Source: Epiperipatus broadwayi (lineage: Eukaryota; Animalia; Onychophora). From it: a stretch of DNA of 64,000 nucleotides. Made by a program: the position numbers and the translations under genes. Each line of letters starts with the position of its first letter. The first letter of the stretch is position 1. The stretch covers positions 15,314,001-15,378,000 of the forward strand of contig JAQFVV010000008.1 of NCBI GenBank assembly GCA_028023455.1, written 5' to 3'. Below, one piece after another: positions 40,591 to 53,004 of the stretch. Under the pieces are notes generated by a model. That model saw nothing but the letters and a program-made list of their open reading frames with translations. It had not been told where the DNA came from and ran no database searches.

Positions 40591-41419
40591 AATTGAAGGT
40601 GATCGTAATAATAATGTGAAATGTTTGAAATTTCTAATTGTGTCAAATAATTAAACTTGTGAAAATAATATTATATGCCAAATATTTATTTTAGAAAGTT
40701 TACGATCAATTGTAAAAAGTTTTAATTGGAAACTTCTTTTAATTATTCAATATTGTTTCTTACTTTACTGATTGTGGCTGATAGTTCATTCTTAAAGCTG
40801 ATAGTTTACTCTTAATGAGTTTTAAGTTGAAGTTTTAGAAATATCTTAAATATATTTTCTTTGAGTTTAAGTTATTTTCTCTTTATGCTTAATTATATTT
40901 CAATAATCTTCATATTATTTCACTTTTGTAATGATACATATACATATCAAAAATCACATTATCATTCTTATAAAACTTACTTAGTAAGTGTATCATATAA
41001 ATATTATATAAAATACTTTCCATTTTTCGATTATATATAAAATTACGATATGCATCATGCCATAATATGCATGACAATCTAATGTTTTAATTTTCCCTCA
41101 GTGCTACCTGAAATGCAAAATTCCTAATCAAATAGATGAAAGTGGAAATCAATTTTCATCTACTGCTAAAATTTTAAACAGACAGCAATTCAATACAATG
41201 CAAATCACAGGAACAAAACTAAACAAGCTGAAATATTATTACAATTCTTATCAATAAACTTTCTATTTTATGATTACAAAAAAAATTAATTATTAATCAT
41301 TTTAATAATCTTGAAAATTTCTTAACTGACAATATTAGAGGTTATAATATATATAATGCTCTACTGAAATTGACTGCAGCCTAATTTTTAAATTTTCCAA
41401 CAACACTACTTGGGTTCAA

Positions 41420-41490
41420 ATTTTCACCTGTTAAATTTAAAACTTTGCAGATTTTGCATTGCAAAGTTTTAAAATTTAACAGGTGAAAAT
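41420..41490. repeat. 30-bp-arm hairpin
   Basis: attttcacctgttaaatttaaaactttgca / tgcaaagttttaaaatttaacaggtgaaaat. Confidence 0.85.
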
Positions 41491-41964
41491 AGATTGATAA
41501 ATAGTAAGGTTAAAATAAATCAGGTTGATAACCAACAAATTGTGTATGCTATTGCATGTGAGGGTTCTAAATCTAGTTTGTGTATGCATTTGATGGGCGG
41601 AAAAACATTTATTATATAAAAAAATCTAAATCTAATTCTCAACTTTGTTTTATTTAATTATAAAAGAAATTCTGGACATGATTGTTGTCCTCAGAAAATT
41701 AATATTGTATACAGTGAATCAAATAATAGAAAAAATTAAGGAAACTTAGTACATTACTAATTTTAATAACATTATAAATCAAAAATTTACTAATGTACAA
41801 ATGAGCAACATTTTTTTTTTTTACTAGTTGTTACCATCAAAAGCACATTCAGCTACTAATATTTTTTTAAAAAGATAATCACTCTGTTGAACACATTGAT
41901 ATATGAATGTTTTATTATATATATATAAATTATTACAATTTCATTTACCATTATTAAAATTTCT

Positions 41965-42050
41965 GCACTCACAACTCTGACATCATCCACTTCAGATAAA
42001 TAAATTAATAATTATTATTAATTATTTATTAGACTAGAAATAATCTTATC
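41965..42050 (-). repeat. Dispersed repeat 'A', partial copy
   Basis: cactcacaactctgacatcatccacttcagataaat matches the other copies. Confidence 0.7.
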
Positions 42051-43674
42051 ATTCATAATCCAGATATAAATATAATTAAAGTTTAGTATTTAAAAAATAA
42101 TATATACATATATATTTGTTTAAATATATTTGTGTTTATATTTTTTAGGAAATTTTTCCTTTAAAAAAAAAAAAAAAAACCTATAGAATACAATCAAAAT
42201 GTCAGAAATATTTTATGTAGCATTTGTATAATATAATTATTTAACAAGTTTTAGTAAAAGTGTGATTTTTCATATATCCTTTAAGCTTAATTGAATCTTG
42301 TTATTTATTAGTTGATGGAATGGCCATATTTTCAATTTTCCAAAAAGTGTTTTCCAAGATTTATAACATTGTAAAAATATAAATAATATAGATCGAATAC
42401 CATTAACACAAAAGACTACTTTTCATGAAAAAGATTTCAAACTCGTACAGAATAATATTAAATAATATGATAAACATGTAATATCACTTATTGTGAAAGA
42501 TATTTGTAATTTTTGATAGCAAAAAAAACAAAACTGTTAATCCAAAATTAATTAACCTTAAAGTCGTTAAAAACATGTGGCAAGAAACTACACAGTTTAT
42601 CTTATAAAAATATTTTTGCTGACATCACCTTTTTCTTGGAATTTTAGTCAACAATTAGTTGTCAGTTGCATTGATTACAGTATTTTTTTTTAATTATTTT
42701 TTTTATTTATACTATTTATCACAAGTAATATAAAACAATTACTATATAATTTTTTTCCCAAATTTTTAAAAAATAGACTAAGCCCTTTTTAAATTAATTT
42801 GAATTTTATTTAATAAAGTATTAAAATGAGATTTAAAAAATATATATATTAATACATTTATTATTTTTCCTGATTAAGTTATGCAATTTCTCTTTTGTCT
42901 AATGTGGAACAACAATATTGAAGATTTTTAGTAGTTTGTTTTTTAGTACTGCTGTTTGACTTTTATATATATAATACATGACACAGAAATATGCAATCAT
43001 CAAAATGTACAACAACCATATGTAAGTTGTAAGAGATATAACAGGATTAGAGGCAATCATGTTAAATTAATAAAAATAACAAAGAATTCAGTATTATTAT
43101 AGCATATCCCAAAAAAAACCCAAATATACTTAGGAAATCTCCTTGCCAACAAGAAGTGTGTAGACAGACAGCTGGTTAGAATTGAAATGTTTTAGCAAAA
43201 ATAGTTGTAGAGGAACAGATTCCAACTACTCAAACCATTATTTCTGTTATTATAATGGATGAAGCTGTAAAATGCTGCGGAATTTAGTGACAATGGCAAA
43301 CAACTCTTTCACGAATCAGATGAAGAATCAAAAATTAGTAAAGATAAATCCTGAAACCTTTTATGATGACTATTTTTAACCACAAAGTAACATCCCGTCA
43401 AAACTATGATACATCAAGAAAGATTTAAATGATGAAATCTAGGATTGATGATACCATAACCCAGTGTTTATTTAATTTTTATCTATGGGTGCTATCAGTA
43501 CCATTATCAACATACTGATTACTATTATGAATGTAAATAAAATTTTATATATTTTTAAATTGTCTTTTCCAGTGGTAATCATGAAAATATTTACCCTTGA
43601 TGAATAACATAAGACAATATATATAAATGCTAATGAATTTATTGCTCAGAAGTTCATAAAAAGTTTGAAAGCCA

Positions 43675-43744
43675 GAATTGCGAGCATCAAAATCGCGACC
43701 TCCCAATCCCAAGTCAGACACTCTATCAACTGCGCCAACCGCAC
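43675..43744 (-). mobile_element. tRNA-derived SINE head (family B)
   Basis: Minus strand gcggttggcgcagttgatagagtgtctgacttgggattgggaggtcgcgattttgatgctc: A-box-like TGGCGCAGTTG and a decayed B-box. Confidence 0.55.
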
Positions 43745-44720
43745 AGGGTGCAAAACAATATGTCATTCAATAATGATTATAGAATCCAGTTGTGTCTTGA
43801 TCATTCAATTTTTAGAGATCATTGAATTATGAGACCAAAAAAAAATTAATTGGTCAAACTTCATTTTACCTGCATTGCATAATGTTTGAGATAGTCTAAC
43901 AAATATATTGCTTTGGAAATTAAATGTTATATATATAGTTTTCAGTATATCTTTATATCATTTCTCTTACATAGAGAAATTTTTATGTATAAAAATGCAT
44001 ACAATCATCTATGTAAATACCATTTAAAATATTAAAGATGTTTATGAAACTCAACAAAAACAAACAACTTTTTTTCTTTAACCATATATTCTCTAAAATC
44101 ACATTTTATTTTTATATATGCTAAAAATAAAGACATAATCGATTTAAACAGAAAGTAAACAAAATAATCAACAGAAATAAAGCTAACAATATTTCAATCA
44201 ACAAAATAAAGTTTGCTACATAACCACTTCACTTCTCAACACATACCTCAGAGCCAATATATCACAAAGATTTTTAACAAAGACTATGATCATGGCACAA
44301 TTAACTGGAACTTTCATTTCAGTAATTTCTTTTCTGCCTAAATACATAACAGAGCTTATATACATAATAATTCCTCAAAAATAATTTACATGAATATAAT
44401 TACATTTATAATAACAAAAAACAAATGGCTCCTTTACAGTGGAAAAATTAATTCAGAAGTGGATGTAATAAAATATTAAAAAAAAAAACTTCAACATAAA
44501 CTTATGTATCAAGGTTAATAAAGGCAATGGGTAAGAATTGATGGTAATTTATTATAAAAGTAAAAAAAAAAAAATGTAAAAAGTTGACATTTTATCACAA
44601 AAGTAATAAAATATTAAATATCCCTGTATTTGATTCCATCATCTGGATTATTATTATTAGTGAAAATTTTGTGTTAAAAGACAGAAAAAAATGTTTATGT
44701 GTTTAAATGATCCCATCTGA

Positions 44721-44857
44721 TTACAAAAGTTCAACATAATTAGCTGGAAAAAGTCCATATGTCATGTCAGGAGCTAAGCCTCTCCACCAACCTTCATCTA
44801 TCATTTCGATATGAGTTATAATATCGTCAGGATCAAAGGAAATTTCTGTATCATCAG
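44721..44857 (-). CDS. DBNL: Drebrin-like protein (Abp1/SH3P7) last coding exon, SH3 domain C-terminal part
   Basis: After a T-rich AG acceptor it reads (A)[44 protein letters not shown]. Phase 1 joins the 55894 exon. The [18 protein letters not shown] and WWRG.APD pattern favours Abp1/DBNL over cortactin. Confidence 0.9.
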
Positions 44858-47800
44858 CTAAAAAAAAAAAATATTTTTTTTAAAAATTATAATTAATACA
44901 GTTGAATACAAATTTTTAGCATTAAATTTTATTGAATTAAGTTAAAATTATGAAATGTAATTAATCAAATAAGTTTATTATCAAATAAAGTGAATACAAT
45001 CTGTATATATACTGCCTTTATTTTTAATATCTCTTTATATTTAATTCAGATTCAGAGACTTCAAAAAATATAAAGATTCTCATACAATACTTTCCCAAAA
45101 TCAACAGAAAATAAATTCATATTTTTATATTTATATTATCATTCTCTTTTTCATTTTCTTTTTTCTAGATTTACTTCTTCACCTATTCATTTATATGCAC
45201 AGATCTTTATATATACAGACATATAGTTGTGAGCAATATAAATAATATTTTATTTTACATAAACAATAAATTTATGAGAATCTCAAGATTAAAAATACTA
45301 ATGTAATGATTTACAATCTTATGAAAATAAAAATGATGATTTTGATGATAGATATAATGATAAAAGTTGTAGGAATACAGATGAGCAAAACTTTTAGTAA
45401 GAAATATAAAAAAAAGTTTAATATTAAAATAACCCAAAGAATGCCTGTTTATTGATAATAAGTTAAATATATCTAATGTAGAAAAATAGCTTAACATCTA
45501 TGAGTTATAAGAAATCTAAAAACAATCTCTCATAAAACTTCATCGCACAAAAACTTAATCAATTTTTGCTACACAATGTTCTATATACTTACCATTCACC
45601 TTATGAACTCAAAGAGAATAAATAAAATATTTGATTTTAAATAAACATGTATATTTAGGTGTGGTTATTTTTTTTTAAATTATAATCTTATAGATTCTTC
45701 TTTACGTCCATAAACAATCAACAAAAGACATAGAAAAATTCAAATTACTATCCCAATGCATGTTTCAACTAGTCCAGTCTCATACAGATAATCTTGATTT
45801 CTACATTACTCGTATAAATTAATAATAAAACTCATTGAATTCAAACAGGGATAGAAATGTTATTTAATTCAAATATTTAATCATAAATCTAATTCAAATA
45901 CTGATAAAGAAATGTATAGAATTACAATTTTGTTTTTGTAGCAAAAATTTTTACAGGCTATCAAAATATTGCACAAAGGATTTATGTCTTTCTGTAATTT
46001 GATCAGATTGTATATAGTGGCATAATTACATAACAGATAATTTTTGATTATATGTAAACCCACAACTTAAGTAAAAAATATCTAATATATATAAAATTTA
46101 AAGAAATTGCTCAATTTAATATTTTGACCCCTCCCCCTGCTTCACTCATTATCAAGAAAAATAATTTTATTTTTTTATTATACTTTTCAAATTACAACTT
46201 GTCAATGAAAATAATTTTTTTGTATTGGATTAACCACAGAATAAACTTTATTAATTAATAAAATTCTTAATTATAGATCCTCATTATTTTCAATACTATT
46301 ACACATGATTTTTAAGAAAAAATTAGCAAATTAAAAAAAATTACATAAATGAGCAATCTTTCATATTTCAATTACATTTTAAGATTTTCAAATATAAAAA
46401 ACAACTGGACATATCTCGAGTGAAAGAATTAATTATACCATGATTTTTATGTAATGTTATTGGTGTGTTGATTGACTTCTGTATTATTTAATTTGGAATA
46501 TCTGTAATCTACCCTCAAATATACAATTTGTGAGAAAATTTTTATAACTACATATAATGTATATATTTAAAAAATTATTGCAAATAAAAATATTAATAAA
46601 TTTAGACATTAATGTCAAACACATTTTTGATCTCTAATTTCTTTTAATTGGAAGGGGAAGAGGGATCCCCTCTTTTTTCATTCTCAGATAAAATTTCATT
46701 TAATTTTGAAGATTCTTTTTAGTTAATATTAGCAAAAAGCACTATTTCTTTAATTTTGTTAATATAATTTGCTAACATTAATGTCACTGTTATTTTTCAA
46801 AATATATAAAAAAAATGTGAAGATTTTTGAAATTATCTTTTCACACTGATTGTGAATACATTAAAAACCCATCTTTCTTTCTGCATCTAATCCAATATTT
46901 TTGTTTAATTTTTATTTTCTCTTAAAAGTTTATACTGTTTGGCAGTTTTCTTAGAAGCTTTTTTGTTTTTATATTTGAAATTCATATAATAATAAAAAAT
47001 TGTTTAGTAATATACAAATTTCAGATAAATGTTTATTGAAATTTTAGAATTTATTATTTTTATAAAAAAAAATACTGATTTAAATTATAGAATACTGGAT
47101 TATTTTTGTGGAAGTTCATAAGTAAATGCTGGATTAATTACAATATTTTATCTGTTATTAACTGTATAATTAGAATTGGCCACCACATATATACAAATAT
47201 TGAGTTTTGCCTCTAAATCTGACAAATTTTTATTTTAGCTTCAATCCATTCCATTCCTAACTTAGTGAAAATCCTTGGCATCGTTTATATATAAATATAT
47301 ATTTGGAGAAAATGTTCTCATGATTTTTGTATTATCTGTTGAATCATGATGTTTTCTTATTTAAAAAATTTTCCTCAACAAAATGAATTAAGCCAACTGG
47401 AGGCTCCTAGAGTTAAGATTTATGAATGCTTCTAAAAAAAAAATGTTTTTGTATATGTTACAGCAAAAAAATTGGATTCACATAAGTAGCAGCAGAAAAA
47501 AAGTTTGCTATTATCTCAAAGGAGACCTTTTCATTCTTCTTTGAGGTCTTAAAAAAACTGAATACAGCAAATTCCTAATGTTCATTTGGTATGTTTTTGT
47601 CAATAAAGTCCTATTAGTATGCTTGCTCATTTGATAAACCAACAAAAATGAGAATTGTTTATCATCAAGCAACAGCTACTATGATAAGTTTAATGGCTTT
47701 TACCTTTGAATTTAAGCACAATAAATGCTATGAACTTAACTGAAATATCACTTGGTTTTTCTTAAAAGTAAAATGATTAGTCTCTTTTATATTTGTAATC

Positions 47801-47879
47801 ACAGTATTCTTTCATTTCTTAGGGGTTACAAAGTTGCAACCAAAGCTAGTGATTGAAAATAGAGTGCTAAGTAAGAATC

Positions 47880-49150
47880 TTCTCAATGGCAGACCTAATC
47901 TGCTTTATGATAATGTTTTTTTTATTTAGCTATCTGCAAATGAAGGAAAATTGCATGAATTGAAAAAATTGTCCAATATTGAATGGGATGTTGTCAGGTT
48001 TATGAAATTGGAAAAAAAAAAAAAATAGAGACAATTGATTTGATACTTTCCTATAAAGACCCACAAATAGGAGATATAAATACTGAAAGCACAAATGGAA
48101 ATAGAATTTGTTATAAATAAAAAATGGAAACACAACATCGTAGAAATTGAAGATATAATGGCAAGATTAGTTATTCAACTTAGTGGAAGATTTTAATGAT
48201 AGAGTTCAAAACAGTTAGATAAAAGTTATGGGTAAATTTTGAATTGATGATAAAATAACAGAGGATACATATTTAGAAAAAAGAAAAACACATGTTATGA
48301 ATTCTTTCTTTGAGAAAAATACTAAACAGAAATGGATGTAAAAGTATCCAAATGAAGGTATAAGAGAATTGGATTATATTTTGACTAATAGAAAATATGT
48401 ATTTCAACATTATAATGTTCTTAATAGATTCTACGTATGAAATGTGATCATGTGATGAAATGATCATCGATTAGTGAGATATTCAACATTATGTGGTAAT
48501 GCAAAGCTAGATAAACAAAATGCAATTAAAAGAATCAGTATTAACAATTGATAATTCTAACTTTCAGAAATATTGCAATGAATTTAAGCTTGAGCTTACA
48601 AATTGTTTTTAAATATTAAAACTGCTTAGACTTAGAATGAATTTAATAAAAAGATAATTGATACTCTATAAAGTCAGTTACACAGTTATTTGGTATAAAA
48701 AAAGCAATTACTCATCAGTATGACAAAATATAAAGAAAAGAAGAAATATATTTTAAAATTATCTATTTAAAAAAACTGAATATCTCTGGAACTTTATAAA
48801 ATGATATAAAAAAGAATTAAGATTGATCTACAAAAATATAACTGTGAATTAATAAAGAACAACAATATCAAACAAGTAGTTCTTATAATTAAAATATCTT
48901 CTGAATTGCCAAATTCTTTAAATGAAATGATGAGAAATTCAATTAAATCTATGGGAAAGCTTCAGAAATGATGAAATTATTATTGATATCATAAAAGAAG
49001 TGGTTAAAAAAAAAGAAACAAATAAATCATTGGCAAAGTCTAAGCAATTAAAATATACCAGATGATTGGAAGAATGCATTTATGATATCAATATTTAAGA
49101 ATAGTGAAAAAAAATAAAGATATTAGAAATTACAGACTGATATCTTCTAT
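47880..49150 (+). mobile_element. Decayed RTE-clade LINE 5' half (APE endonuclease), same family as 21.9-24.8 kb
   Basis: ANEGKLHELKKLSNIEWDVV, EFVINKKWKHNIV, VMNSFFEKNTKQKW..PNEGIRELDYILTNR. Confidence 0.7.
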
Positions 49151-49899
49151 CAGCCTCTCAAGAAGTTTACTATCTTTATTATGATCATTTTAATGCATTT
49201 ACAATAAATAACATCTAAATATTGAGAGAAATTATAGAAAGTACTGATAAATATGTGAAAAAGATATTTGACTATAAAAATTTCTGTAGTGATTAAAACT
49301 TTGAAACATCAAGACATAGATCCAAGGTATTAACAAATTTTGAAAAATATTTCTCAAAATACAGCAGCAGTGATTAGATAACAATTTAACATCAAGAAGA
49401 AAGTAATTTCGCATGTCCAGGTAATTTTTATAAATTCTAATTCAACTGAAATTTTATCTCATTCACAAATATTTAAATATTATCACAAATTTTTTAACTT
49501 ACTAATAAAAAGTTTCAAAAATATAACAGAAACAACAAAGAAAATTATTTTTCCATAAAAAACAAAAACTGATAAAAGTAACACAAAATCAGATTCAATT
49601 AAAGTATGGATTAAATCATTAACCAGACAGTTTGCAAAACATAAATAAAACTTTGTCTTTGGTTAACAGATTCAAAATCAGCTAGTATTACAGCCACTAT
49701 TTAAACAAACGAAAACAAAAATAGTTAACTATTAGACTTTGTTAGCAGAAAAATGAAATGAGAAATAACTTAAGTTTTATTATACACTTAACTATATTCA
49801 TTCTCAATTTGTTAATGCTAAATAAAATAGACTGACAGATAATATTTGTATGCGGGTTACTTTAATAAACCAGGAACTGTGTTTATTCTATCAATGGGC

Positions 49900-50350
49900 T
49901 CCATAGATAATAGACAGGGTAATGACCTTCACATATGAAGATTAACTGTGAATAAATGTAGTACCTGACTAAAAGTGCTTCCTCTGCCAAATGTGATAGG
50001 ATGTTAGTTCATCAAAGACTAAATGCTGCTTCTGATACAATCACACTTTTCTATCTTCATCTCTTTCTTCAGTCACTTAAGTTAGTATAAGGTCTGGTCA
50101 CTGTGAGCCTTTCACACCATCACTTATCTACTTATACTAAGTGTGACAATGAGATTGTGTGTTTGTATGACAACATTTCAATCCTTTGGCTACACATACA
50201 GCACTTCTGACTCAAATTCCCTTTTTCAATTTCTTTTTTTTTTAGCTTAAGCAAAACAAGTTTAATAAACTCCTTAGTCATAATGTTTGCTTGAAGCAGT
50301 ACAATTACTAATGAGTCAATTGGCATTGGATTTGAGACAAGAGTTTTAGC
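49900..50350 (-). mobile_element. Possible non-LTR C-terminal CCHC remnant (R4/RLE-like)
   Basis: ORF 50132-50356 contains KCCMCSQRIEML followed by a frameshifted His/Cys region. Weak. Confidence 0.25.
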
Positions 50351-50611
50351 TGGCAATAATTATATAATTAAGCAAATCTATTTAGGGATTCACTGTCTAC
50401 AATTAAAGTGAAAAGGACTTAAAAAATGTGATCTCAAATTGTCTGCTAGCTAGACAGTAGATTTGATAAACTATTCATTAAAGCAATAGAAATAATAGTA
50501 TTTGTAATAGTGGTAAACCAGAAGGCAGTATTATAAATCTAACTATGTATAGATACATGGAATATGCAAATTTTATTAAATACAAATTTTTTAAGATTAA
50601 AATGGAGAATA

Positions 50612-51689
50612 CTGGTATCACCCATACTAGAATCCAGATATTATTGAAAAAAATTCAATATTAAAATAATGAAAATACTGAACCAAAAAAACTGATATTT
50701 CGGTATTGATTATATTTTGAATCAGGTGTAAAATTTCAAGAATTTTATAAATTATTTATAAAATTCTTCCTAAAATTTTACACCAGATTCAAGATATTTT
50801 AAAAAGCTCCTACCAAGGTAATTTAATTTTATAAATGATATTATTTTGTTATTTTATTTTTTTGTTTTAAAATATAACAAAAAAATTTAAGCTAAAAAAT
50901 ATGTATTTAAAAAATTACTGTTTTCATATACAGCAATTTTCTATTATCATCACCATTTTTAATCAAAATTTGAAGTACAATTATTGTGAAATACAGTAAT
51001 TATCATATATTTTTCAACTTTTTATCAGATTCGATTGTATGACATTTTTTCAATGTTGAATTAAGAATCCATGTAAAGAATAGGATAAATCTTTTGGCTC
51101 CCTTGTATTGATTAACAAATGTTTTCATATTCAAAATCACATAACTGGGACAGTGCAGAACATCAATATCTTCACTAAATGGAGCTTGGGGATGAACACA
51201 AACATTATTTTTACAAAAAAATTCCTTAGTTTTCTTCTTCAGGAACATCAATACTGTCTGATTTTTTCTTTATTCTGTCACCCCCAAAATGTAGTCAGAT
51301 GATTAAAATATTGTCTATTGGCATTTTTTCAGTCAAATATTAACAAAAATTTAGTCAATGTTTTCAGATGACAGAATCAGTTTATGCTTTTTAAAAACCT
51401 ATTAATTAAAATGAAAATAATATTTAAATAGTTTTTATTATTTTGTTTATTTTCTTTTATTTTTTGTTTTTGTCAATTTCTTTTAATTTATGTTTTGTCA
51501 ATTTTTGAAAAATGAATTAAAGAATGTTTTGTTTTTTATTTATGTTTTTCTTATTTTGTTTATGACTTTAAACTTTCTTAAATTGAATAAAATAAAACTT
51601 CTTTAGAATATCGAAAATATCGGTATTTCTAGTTTCAGTATTGATATCAGTACCAAAATATCGGTTTTAGAGAAACTTTTTGGTACTGG
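50612..51689. mobile_element. Internally deleted DNA transposon (hAT-like) with subterminal repeats and an internal hairpin (50717-50792)
   Basis: Flanking direct repeat AATGGAGAATA (50601-11, 51690-700); repeated cggtat/atatcgg motifs at both ends. A decayed minus-strand segment at ~51000-51350 resembles a hAT dimerisation domain. Confidence 0.4.
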
Positions 51690-52449
51690 AATGGAGAATA
51701 ATAAAGGCAGCTAAGAATTTTAAAGATTGATATAGCTTTTTATAATGTAATTCATCTTCCATAGAAAGAATGTTTAATAGAACTGATAAAAGACTACATA
51801 TTTACAAAAGCACAGATTAATCATTGAAAAGAGAATGCATAGTGTTGGATTTGCTGTAAAATCTAATTAAGCACTATCTTGGAATTCTTCATTGTATCAA
51901 TGAAAGATTAATACTATTAAAACCTGGTTTGCAAATATGCTCCAACATTAGATTCAGAGAAATCAGAGAAAGAAAGTTTTTATTCCTTGCTGGATATCAT
52001 TATTATATTGATAACATTAAAAAATTAAATTTAACTTCTCAATTTTAATGCATACATTGTAACAAATAATGAACTTGGGTCAAAAATTGGAAATAATGGT
52101 ATTGATGCAAATTCAATGGTCAGTTGTTATTGAATTTTTGCATAACATATAAACTCACTATCACAAATACTTTGTTTACACAGAAGAAACTAATAAAAAT
52201 CTATGAATACATCCCCTCTCGATACAACTGCATTTAATAGATTACATAAAAGTCAGAGGTTGGATTACAAGAAAAGTCCATATTATGAGTACTTATAAGC
52301 ATAATCTATTGTATGATAGATTAATATCCTCCAAGAATAAAATGGTAGTTATATTTAAAAAAATAGGTCTTATTTCAATTCTATTCACAAGAAAATTGAT
52401 ATAGATATATTAAACAACCTCCATAGTTCCCCATTCTTTTTAAATTCAT

Positions 52450-53004
52450 ATAAATAAAGATACAATATCTGTGCTAGAGATAATCTCTAGTTTAGAAGAT
52501 GATTGGTAATAATTATTATTGTATTTATCTGAGATGGATGGTGTCAAAATTGTGAGTGGAGTGAGTTTGATAATAGTAAATAAAAATGTAACAATTTACT
52601 ATAGATAAATACTCTTCATATAATATATATGGAAGACAATGACCTGGGCCAACTGATGAATGCTGGTTCAGCACGAAATGCATCTTGGGGTCATTTGTCT
52701 TTTACTGTATTTTTATTTATATGAACTTCAAAAGAATGAGGAAGTATGGAAGTTGTTTAATATATCTATAAAGATATTACACATGGGAAAGAGAAAGGTG
52801 AATAACTCCACGCGTGTGTATGTTTAAAATTAAAAAATCAGATATATTAATCTTTAACTGAGAGGTTTAAAGTTTATATCTATGCTAGAGATAATCTCTA
52901 GTTTAAAAGATGATTGGCAATAATCATTATTGTATTTATCTGAGGTGGATGATGTCAAAGTTATAAGTGGAATGAGTTTGACAATGGTAAATAAAAATGT
53001 AAGA
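52450..53004 (+). mobile_element. A-HHR-A composite insertion within the RTE-BovB, with a possible 8-bp TSD
   Basis: Direct copies of repeat A (gctagagataatctctag at 52473 and 52884) flank an HHR. AAATTCAT at 52442-49 and 53005-12. Confidence 0.6.
52634..52700 (+). ncRNA. Minimal type I hammerhead ribozyme (family 2), intact core, long bulged stem I
   Basis: AGACAA-TGACC..CCAA / TTGG-GGTCA-t-TTGTCT stem I; CTGATGA 52653-59; stem II TGCTG-gtt-CAGCA; GAAA 52675-78; palindromic stem III ATGCAT; ATC triplet 52682-84. Confidence 0.85.

Noticed and set aside
44721-44857. Assignment of the SH3 to cortactin
   Set aside because: [15 protein letters not shown] and the WWRGxAPD loop fit Abp1/DBNL better. 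No cortactin repeats are visible, although the N-terminus is outside the window.
41000-47500. Numerous 60-80-aa AT-rich ORFs in this and similar stretches
   Set aside because: Low-complexity I/L/F/K/N composition expected by chance in very AT-rich DNA; no motifs or splice-consistent frames.
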